DNA of 64,000 bases from an uncultured Candidatus Saccharibacteria bacterium (GTDB taxonomy: Bacteria > Patescibacteriota > Minisyncoccia > Phycocordibacterales > Phycocordibacteraceae), in the NCBI GenBank assembly GCA_964402535.1, contig CAYOCH010000002.1, positions 6,661 to 70,660 on the forward strand, written 5' to 3'. Below are positions 57,901-64,000 of the stretch, one piece after another; position 1 is the stretch's first letter, and each line of letters starts with the position of its first letter. A program made the translations under genes and the position numbers. The notes below the pieces were generated by a model, which did not search any database, was not told where the DNA came from, and saw only the letters and a program-made list of their open reading frames with translations.

Positions 57901-60281
57901 TCGCACTCACGGCGTATGGCGGAACCAATGCAAACGCTGCTCTGCAGACGCGTACGAATGTCCCGCTGATTTTCGGTGCAAATTCTAGTGCCAGCCAGCT
58001 CGTGCTCGCAACAAATGGCAACGTCGGCATCGGCACCACGACGCCCGGGAAGCCTCTCACTATCGCTGCTACGGGTTCCGGACCGTCTATCGGCACGGGA
58101 ATGCTTTCGCTCGTAGGTCCGCACAATACGACTGCTCGCCCTGAAATATTCTTCCAGAATTCCGCTGCCGGGACGACATATACCGGCGGTCTGCGCTGGT
58201 ATGACGGCAATGGCAACGAAGGGTGGGGTATTGAAAGCAATAGGGCCATAGGAACCGGTTATCTCGAATTCAACATTGCTGGCTCCAATAAGATGGTTCT
58301 CGACCCGTCTGGAAATGTCGGCATCGGCTCAACGAGCCCCACCTATACGCTTTCAGTTGACAAAGGCAGCGTCGGCAACCAGGCGGCATTCGGGCATACG
58401 GCCAAGGGATATCTCTATGACGACGGCACCAACTTCTGGCTTTCAAGTGCGGCGAGCGTGGCCGGCCCCGGCATAGGCTTTGCGCAATCTCTCGGTACCG
58501 CCTATCTGACCTATGCGACCGGGCAGGTAGGATTTACGATGGACAACTCTGGCAATGTCGGTATCGGCCGGAGCCCGGGCGTGCGGCTGGACGTGCAGGG
58601 TGTGAACAGCTCGTCGATCGTGCGGATTACGGCGGGCGGCGCGGGCGTCATACTCGGAGCCGACGTGGCGGGGAATGCGCTCTATGGGAACTCCGCCTAT
58701 GGCACCGCGCTGACCCTAAGCGCCGCGGGTGCCTTGCGCTTGAATGCCTATGGGGCGGGTACGCTCACGACCGATGCGAGTGGTAATGTCACGGCATCTT
58801 CCGATGCTCGCCTGAAGAATGTGGATGGAGGCTACACGCGCGGCCTCGAGGCGATACGCGGATTGTCGCCCCAGCTCTACCACTGGAACGCGGCGAGCGG
58901 ACTCGATCAGACGACGCAGTATGCCGGCTTTATCGCGCAGAACGTACGGCAGTACATTCCCGAGGCAGTCGGACAGACGCCGAGCGGTTATCTGACGCTC
59001 GCCGACCGTCCTATTGAAGCGGCGCTCGTGAATGCCGTGCAGCAGCTCGATAACCGAACGAGCTGGATCCAGGTAGCGAGCTCGAGCGCAACGACCACAC
59101 CGGTGCTCACCTTCGACCCGACGACAGGCCGCGTCGGCATCGGGTCGACCACGCCGACCCACACCCTCACGGTCGCAGGCGACGTCGGCGCGATCGCCTT
59201 CGTCAACACCTCGACACGAGACGCCAAGACTGACATCTCCTACGTGAACGCCTCGACGACCGAGGATATGCTGAACGCGCTCGTGAACCTCAAGGTCGCG
59301 ACCTATCACTACAAGGTCGAGCCCGAGACCGATCCGCTCCGCCTCGGCTTCATCGCAGAGGATGCAGCTAAGATCGCGCCCGAGATCCTCTCGCCGGACG
59401 GCAAGGGCGTCGACCTCTACAAGCTCGCGACCTTCACGCTCGCCGGCGTCCAGTCGCTCGCTGCGAAGGTCGATGTGCAAGGGACCAAGATCACCTCGCT
59501 TGAACAGCGCGTTGCGGCGCTCGAGAGCGGGGCAGTGTCGGTGGGCAGCTCGGCGCCGCAGCTCTCGACGAGCTCGCTCGCGAGCGCGATCTCGAGCATC
59601 ACGGAGGTCCTCAATATCGGCAAGCTCGTGTCGCAGACGTTCTATGCGGCGCAGGGCTTCTTCGACCGCTTGACGGCGGCGAACGCGACGATCGGTTCCT
59701 CGTCGACGCCGTCTGGCGTAACCTTCTTCGACACGGTTACCAAGCAGCCGTTCTGCTTCACGATCGCGAACGGAGTACCGACCACGACGCCGGGCGTCTG
59801 CGCCACCTCGAATGAGACGACCAATCCGTTCGCGACGTCGACACCGGCTGCTGCTGCAGCGACGAGCTCGCCGATCTCGGTGCTCGGCGCCAACCCGCTC
59901 CTGCTCGCGGTCGGGGCGACCTTCACCGACCCTGGCGTCACGGTCGCGAGCGGGGCAGCGGTGACCACATTCGTGAACGGCATACAGCAAGTGGTCTCAT
60001 CGACGACGATCAGCACGCTTAGTCCGACGACCTATATCATCACCTACCAGTCAACTGACGCCACGGGCGCACTCATATCGGCGACTCGCTCGGTGATAGT
60101 GGGGAACCCCGACGGCACGGTCTCGACCGGCGTTTCGACGACGACCGCTACCAGCACACCGATCACGATCCAGACGGTTGCGACGAGTACCACAGCCTCG
60201 TCTAGCCCGATCACGATCACTCCGGTCGACACCACCACAACCGCCTCAACGACATCCGCCACCTCAACTTCTGCACTTTAA
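54921..60281 (+). CDS. Giant fibre-like protein, in-frame C-terminal continuation (repeats, two S74-like chaperone domains, Ig-like domain)
   Basis: Same frame as 43263; SDARLK...GFIAQ, STRDAK...GFIAE, LGANP...GATFTDPG. Confidence 0.8.
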   Translation, partial: AAIVNQSQNISGGNGLVVVNKYLSANSTTFEVGTINDSNGVYASSLKITGDNAVRVPLTLQLGNSGGNVTSLQLGANTSVASGAVIANIYNASNNPGITVGTSRTDGTAFTVANGITYDANKVPNSGGTALLTVLGGGNVGVGTTSPYALLALSNSVSTPANTPFFTISSTTGGTSTSTLMTVLANGYVGIGTASPGRFLDVVASTTAGTEIARFTNTPVSNRYISVRTVGASDFGGAYIGGPMLDSSDPQVIFGKNLLLPSNGANIALAQSSLTSSSAGGTVLTSGGSTAQAGTTIQLGNSSTFQGNLYVKDGSGNTVMTVQPTGNVGIGATAPTSPLTVVTPSLWGNGAAGENLGVTVNPSANGTLYGLFNLTSVTATTTTGNAAVVGSQNTVTATNNNGGNTTLTAVSGTTNNTGGGSASQMTGFFTNPAVYNTGSSVSSLYNFYANDVYLGNGTSQPFGSVNKLYGYYVGALQSASTNYGLFFANNPNGGSIASAASTNISILPGSGGSVGIGTTSPWAQLSVNPNGIAGPAFAIGSSTATNFVVTNGGNVGINTVNATNALTFGATGGYEISTEPNNANDLNITTNATNGGGISLGARNSNKSIYVSIGGGVGIGTTSPRAALEIGGSANPSVYLNSQYSTPSTMQWYIPNIATMSLVANAVGNENANAQWVMDMGSSDGLTDSFGVLRASTVGSTRVPFFVVNNNGNTGIGTTTPGGDLSIAGSAGGTNPLFLISSSTSGYATSTAFMVDSYGSLGIGRVPNAQLSVAGDAYIGTGAGSFTFTSNYNFNAQGTNFGPSLNISDGDATNRWASLRLSTAGGQWEMADMGGNLGFLRGSNNRVVIGRSDSSNANLNVYNDANTILFTVQPTGYVGIGPSNPVNQLDIGIGPFATAKTANFSTLNIANTATSSSSFTKTGMQISSTGAWTGPNYGLYVSAVSGGTNNYDAIFNGGGNVGIGTTTPSDLLSLASTNPRIDLFDTNVSGPARVALTAYGGTNANAALQTRTNVPLIFGANSSASQLVLATNGNVGIGTTTPGKPLTIAATGSGPSIGTGMLSLVGPHNTTARPEIFFQNSAAGTTYTGGLRWYDGNGNEGWGIESNRAIGTGYLEFNIAGSNKMVLDPSGNVGIGSTSPTYTLSVDKGSVGNQAAFGHTAKGYLYDDGTNFWLSSAASVAGPGIGFAQSLGTAYLTYATGQVGFTMDNSGNVGIGRSPGVRLDVQGVNSSSIVRITAGGAGVILGADVAGNALYGNSAYGTALTLSAAGALRLNAYGAGTLTTDASGNVTASSDARLKNVDGGYTRGLEAIRGLSPQLYHWNAASGLDQTTQYAGFIAQNVRQYIPEAVGQTPSGYLTLADRPIEAALVNAVQQLDNRTSWIQVASSSATTTPVLTFDPTTGRVGIGSTTPTHTLTVAGDVGAIAFVNTSTRDAKTDISYVNASTTEDMLNALVNLKVATYHYKVEPETDPLRLGFIAEDAAKIAPEILSPDGKGVDLYKLATFTLAGVQSLAAKVDVQGTKITSLEQRVAALESGAVSVGSSAPQLSTSSLASAISSITEVLNIGKLVSQTFYAAQGFFDRLTAANATIGSSSTPSGVTFFDTVTKQPFCFTIANGVPTTTPGVCATSNETTNPFATSTPAAAAATSSPISVLGANPLLLAVGATFTDPGVTVASGAAVTTFVNGIQQVVSSTTISTLSPTTYIITYQSTDATGALISATRSVIVGNPDGTVSTGVSTTTATSTPITIQTVATSTTASSSPITITPVDTTTTASTTSATSTSAL

Positions 60282-60294
60282 CGATACTCTGCTC

Positions 60295-61039
60295 TGAATG
60301 AAGGACATCGTATGTCCTTCATTCAAGCTTTTCGTAAGGCTTGAAGCTCGAATCTGAATCGCGGAGATATTCGTGAATGGACACGGAATAGCTTCCGAGA
60401 GCGTCTTTGAATAGCGTCGGTGATAAGAGGGAAGGGAAGTTGTGTTCACCAGTATAATCCGGATAGCTGCTCCAACGATACGTACGCAAATATTTCAAAG
60501 CATCATCCACATTTCGTATTCCAGCCTTCTCGCGTAGACGCCACTGTTCAGCCCCTGGTAGATAATCAAGCGGATTCAAGTGAATGTAGTGAAGGATGTA
60601 CAAGAAGTGCGAGTCGCGGTCGATCAGAATCTTCTTGGTGCGGCCCTGGAAGAGAGTGCCGCTGCGTGAATATCGCTCGTTGAAATATTTTGCGTAGCCG
60701 ACGTTGAGCTTTCGTAAGAAGAGGCTCATGGCACCGTCGACGCGTTCGCTCAACAGCAGGTGGTAGTGATTTTTCATCAGTACCCAGCCATGGATGTCGA
60801 CTAGCAGCTCCCGCGGTTCCCTAAATGAAGGACATACGAAGTCCCTCATGGCAGTCGGGTCAAATAGGCGCCACACGTTGTCTGCGGGTGCTGTATCGTT
60901 AAACTCATAGAGATCGTGCACGAAGCGAGCGTAATCCTGGGTATCAAGGAACAAATCTCTCCCCTCAACGCCGCGATTTAGGACGTGCCAAAGTTCCATA
61001 TACATCATGATACATGAAGGACATACGATGTCTTTCATG
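60295..61039 (-). mobile_element. Y1 transposase locus with three cognate palindromes
   Basis: ATGAAGGACAT-N3-ATGTCCTTCAT-type hairpins at 60295-60325, 60825-60849, 61013-61039. Confidence 0.7.
60319..60999 (-). CDS. REP-associated tyrosine transposase (HUH)
   Basis: HVLNRGVE, LMKNHYHLLL, GTLFQG, YIHLNP, YRWSSY. Confidence 0.9.
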   Translation of the reverse strand: MELWHVLNRGVEGRDLFLDTQDYARFVHDLYEFNDTAPADNVWRLFDPTAMRDFVCPSFREPRELLVDIHGWVLMKNHYHLLLSERVDGAMSLFLRKLNVGYAKYFNERYSRSGTLFQGRTKKILIDRDSHFLYILHYIHLNPLDYLPGAEQWRLREKAGIRNVDDALKYLRTYRWSSYPDYTGEHNFPSLLSPTLFKDALGSYSVSIHEYLRDSDSSFKPYEKLE

Positions 61040-61115
61040 CAGATGACCTCCCAGTGGACAACGAAGACGAACTATGGCACAGTGATTCCTGTCATAGTCC
61101 TTTGGGAGAGAAGTC

Positions 61116-61754
61116 ATGGATGCATGCAACGACGGGCATGTGCTGCCCGCACGGCCGCTCGAGGTCGCACTCGGGTTCAAGGAGTACGTGCTTGAGCTCA
61201 TCGATAACCCGGATATCCCGACGCGCGACGTCGTCTCGGTGCTCACGAAGCAGCCAGGCGTCGTCGCCTACTTCTTGCGGGCGGCGAACGAGGCGTGCGA
61301 GGCGAGCCGGAGGATGAGGAACAGCAAGCCGCGTACGGTCGCGGCTGTCGTGAACACGCTCGGGCTCGTCTACATCGCGCGGCATATGGACGCCTTTACC
61401 GGTGCCGGCGAGCCAGAGGGCGGTCGGCTCGTGCGCGGCGCTATCGACGCCTGCGGCGTCGCCAAGGTCCTCGCTGGGCTCGCTGAAGAGCGGCTCGGCA
61501 AGATCTGGGCGCCTGAATACTTCCTCGTCGGGCTCATGGACCGCAGCTTCATGCGGGACAACGAGCTTTTGGGGATCTGCAATCGCGACCTGATCGAATG
61601 CTACACCGGGCTGCGGCCCGGCGGCCCTGTCATCGCAGAGGCCGAGGCGCTCATCGAGGCGTTCCGCAAGGGCCTGTCGACGCGCGTGCCGCTCTACGCG
61701 GTCTGGAAGCGTGCCGTGAGCGATACGGAGGAGCTCTTCAGGAGCATCAGCTGA
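61116..61754 (+). CDS. HDOD-like domain protein
   Basis: PGVVAYFLRAAN...RTVAAVVNTLG...FLVGLM resembles HDOD helices. Confidence 0.55.
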   Translation: MDACNDGHVLPARPLEVALGFKEYVLELIDNPDIPTRDVVSVLTKQPGVVAYFLRAANEACEASRRMRNSKPRTVAAVVNTLGLVYIARHMDAFTGAGEPEGGRLVRGAIDACGVAKVLAGLAEERLGKIWAPEYFLVGLMDRSFMRDNELLGICNRDLIECYTGLRPGGPVIAEAEALIEAFRKGLSTRVPLYAVWKRAVSDTEELFRSIS

Positions 61755-61773
61755 ATGAGAGCGCAGACTTCGC

Positions 61774-61798
61774 AACGGGTCCTACGGGACCCGTTTTT
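61774..61798. terminator. Terminator between convergent genes
   Basis: AACGGGTCC-TACG-GGACCCGTTTTT. Confidence 0.8.
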
Positions 61799-61801
61799 CA
61801 T

Positions 61802-62434
61802 TTATGCCTCGTGACGGTTCACGAGCGCGGCGCGCAGCGTCTCGGCGTCGGCGTACTCGAGCTCGCTGCCGGTAGAGAGACCGCGGCCGAGGAGCGAGAT
61901 GGTGAGCGAGTCACGATAGGGTGCGAGCAGCTCGCGAACGCGGTCGCTCGTGTGCTCGCCCTCGCTCGTCGCTCCGAGCGCGAGCACGACCTCTTTTCCG
62001 CCAGAGGCGGACCCGCCTTTGGCGGGCAGGCTCGTCTTTAAATGTTTATCAACTCGTCGCACGAGCTCCTTCTCTCGGATCGCACCCTTGCCGGTCAGGG
62101 TGAGTACGCCGCCGAGAACGAAGTAGCGGCCCTTGTAGGTGCCGGCGCGCTCGATGGCGGCCAGGTCCTGATCCTTCTCGACTACCATGAGCTGCGCATC
62201 GTCGCGGTGCGTGTCGGTGCAGTAGTTGCAGACCGTTGCCATCGTGCCGTTGAAGTAGCGCATGCAGTCGGGGCACTGATGCACGTCCTTGCCGAGCGAA
62301 GCGATCAGCTCTGCGAGCCGTGCGCGGTCCGCGGCGTTTGAGGTGAGGAGGTGAAAGACGAAGCGCTTGGCCTGTCGCGGGCCGATGCCGGGCAGTTTAG
62401 CGAGCGCCTGTGCGAGTGCGTCGATGTGATCCAT
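61802..62434 (-). CDS. recR: Recombination protein RecR
   Basis: LPGIGP, C4 zinc finger, Y.VLGG, EGE.T, ELEYAD..TL. Confidence 0.95.
   Translation of the reverse strand: MDHIDALAQALAKLPGIGPRQAKRFVFHLLTSNAADRARLAELIASLGKDVHQCPDCMRYFNGTMATVCNYCTDTHRDDAQLMVVEKDQDLAAIERAGTYKGRYFVLGGVLTLTGKGAIREKELVRRVDKHLKTSLPAKGGSASGGKEVVLALGATSEGEHTSDRVRELLAPYRDSLTISLLGRGLSTGSELEYADAETLRAALVNRHEA
61998..62031. repeat. Intragenic double hairpin in recR
   Basis: CCGCC-AGA-GGCGG and CCCGCC-TTT-GGCGGG, translating as LPAKGGSASGG. Confidence 0.65.
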
Positions 62435-63795
62435 TAAAACTCTGCAGCGAGGTCGCCGTAGCCGGAAGTGTCGACGGGCTGGAAGGTCGCGCGCTTCTCG
62501 TCGAAGAAGAGCTCGGCGGCGCCGGTCGGCCCGTTGCGGTGCTTCTCAACGAGGATCTCGGCGATATTAGGGCGATCGCTCTCGGGATTGCGCTTGTCAT
62601 CGCGGTGGATGAACATCACCACGTCGGCGTCCTGCTCGATCGAGCCGGAGTCGCGCAGGTCTGAGAGGCGTGGCTTGCCTCCGCGCTGCTCGACCGCGCG
62701 TGAGAGCTGCGAGAGGGCGATCACCGGCACCTGGAGCTCGCGCGCGAGGCCCTTCAGCGACCGCGAGATCTCGGTGACCTGCTGCACAAGCGAGTCCGAG
62801 GCCTTGGTGTTGGTCGGCGCCATGAGCTGCAGGTAGTCGACGACGATGAGGCCGATACCGCGCTCGCGCTTCAAGCGCCTCGCGACCGCGCGCATCGCGA
62901 GGATGTTGTTGCCTGGCTTGTCGTCGATGTAGATCGGCGCCTTCGAGAGCGACTCAAGCGCGTCGCGGATGCGGCTGAAGTCCTCCTCTTCGCGCACCTG
63001 GCCGGTTCTGAGCTTCCACGAGTTGACGAACGATTCGGCCGCGAGCATGCGGTCGATGAGCTGCTCTGAGCTCATCTCGAGCGAGAAGATGCCGACCGGC
63101 ACGTTGTGGCGGATCGCCGCGTTGCGGGCGATGTCGAGGGCGAGGGAGGTCTTACCCATCGATGGTCGCGCCGCGAGGATCACGAGGTCGGATGGATGGA
63201 AGCCGGAGAGAAGGTTGTCGAGGGTAGGGAAGCCGGAGGGCACGCCGCGGATGCCGCCCTCCTTGTGCGAGAGCGCCTCGAGACGCTCCCATGCCTCGTG
63301 CACCTTGTCGCCGATCGCGGTGAACTTGTGCGCAGCCGACTGGTCGCCGATCGCGTAGATCGACTTCTCAGCCTCGTCGAGGACCTCCATCGTCTCGCGC
63401 GACTCGTCGTAAGCAGACTCGGTGATGCCGTAAGCCGCGTCGATCAGCGAGCGCATCACGTGCTTGCGGGAGACGAGATCAGCGTAGTGGCTGTAGTTGC
63501 CGGGAGCCGGTGCAGAGCCCGCAAGCTCGGCCAAGTAGCTCCGGCCGCCGGCACGCTCGAGGAGCCCCTGATCCTGGAGGCGCTGTGAGAGCGAGAGCTG
63601 GTCGATCGGCTCGCCGCGCTGCGCGAGCTCGCCCATCGCGCCGAAGATGATCCGATGCTTCTCGGCGTAGAAGGAGTCGGGGCGGATGGTGTCAGAGACG
63701 TCGTGGATCGCGTCTGGCTTCAAGAGAAGGGCGCCGAGGAGCGCGCGTTCAGACTCGAGCGATTGGGGCGGGACGCGGTCCGCGGTGGTAGCCAT
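62434..63795 (-). CDS. dnaB: Replicative DNA helicase
   Basis: ARPSMGKT, FSLEM, DYLQLM, LSQLSR, SDLRDSGSIEQDAD. Confidence 0.97.
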   Translation of the reverse strand: MATTADRVPPQSLESERALLGALLLKPDAIHDVSDTIRPDSFYAEKHRIIFGAMGELAQRGEPIDQLSLSQRLQDQGLLERAGGRSYLAELAGSAPAPGNYSHYADLVSRKHVMRSLIDAAYGITESAYDESRETMEVLDEAEKSIYAIGDQSAAHKFTAIGDKVHEAWERLEALSHKEGGIRGVPSGFPTLDNLLSGFHPSDLVILAARPSMGKTSLALDIARNAAIRHNVPVGIFSLEMSSEQLIDRMLAAESFVNSWKLRTGQVREEEDFSRIRDALESLSKAPIYIDDKPGNNILAMRAVARRLKRERGIGLIVVDYLQLMAPTNTKASDSLVQQVTEISRSLKGLARELQVPVIALSQLSRAVEQRGGKPRLSDLRDSGSIEQDADVVMFIHRDDKRNPESDRPNIAEILVEKHRNGPTGAAELFFDEKRATFQPVDTSGYGDLAAEF

Positions 63796-63811
63796 TGCGC
63801 CGATTATACCT

Positions 63812-64000
63812 CTAGGGGCGCTTGGTCAACACTGGCCCAGAAGGGCCGTCATCCACACGATATCCACGGTTCTCGATCTCTCCTCGGAGCTGGTCAGCCG
63901 CGGCAAAATCCTTGGCCTTGCGGGCTGCCTCGCGCTTGTCGAGCAAGTCGCGTACCTCGGCAGGGATATCTGCGCCAGAGAGGGTAGTGGGAGCTCGTGC
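63812..64000 (-). CDS. cysS: Cysteinyl-tRNA synthetase, 3' end (partial)
   Basis: Manual translation IPAEVRDLLDKREAARKAKDFAAADQLRGEIENRGYRVDD matches the CysRS anticodon domain. Confidence 0.8.
   Translation of the reverse strand, partial: ARAPTTLSGADIPAEVRDLLDKREAARKAKDFAAADQLRGEIENRGYRVDDGPSGPVLTKRP

Noticed and set aside
5425-59990. Many long antisense or alternate-frame ORFs (e.g. 8430-9518, 26122-27315, 43394-44602, 58716-59990)
   Set aside because: Arg-rich shadow ORFs expected in high-GC DNA overlapping well-supported genes
43263-60281. Prophage tail-fibre locus
   Set aside because: No integrase, capsid, terminase or other tail genes; the gene has a TM anchor and housekeeping neighbours

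Overview
A GC-rich chromosomal segment, most consistent with a Patescibacteria/CPR (Parcubacteria-like) genome using the standard code; taxonomy is inferred from gene content and style. It carries housekeeping genes (fmt, def, murA, two mreB, mreC, mrdA, frr, rseP, proS, greA, lysS, mraZ-rsmH-ftsL-ftsI-murF, rmuC, rplU, a DEAD-box helicase, recR, dnaB, the 3' end of cysS), a lexA-dinB SOS cassette, cell-envelope enzymes, tRNA-Glu(CTC) and a tRNA-Asn(GTT) split by a group I intron. The most striking feature is a 17 kb single reading frame (43263-60281, ~5,670 codons, one internal TGA). It encodes an N-terminal HTH, a transmembrane helix, a mosaic tail-fibre-like repeat stalk, two S74-like chaperone domains and an Ig-like tip, and is preceded by an operator-like inverted repeat. 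Other notable signals: two Y1/HUH (RAYT-like) transposases with their own palindromes, palindromes inserted in-frame in core genes, pervasive leaderless-type promoters, and four genes broken by single in-frame stops. All calls come from reading the sequence by eye; no searches were run.
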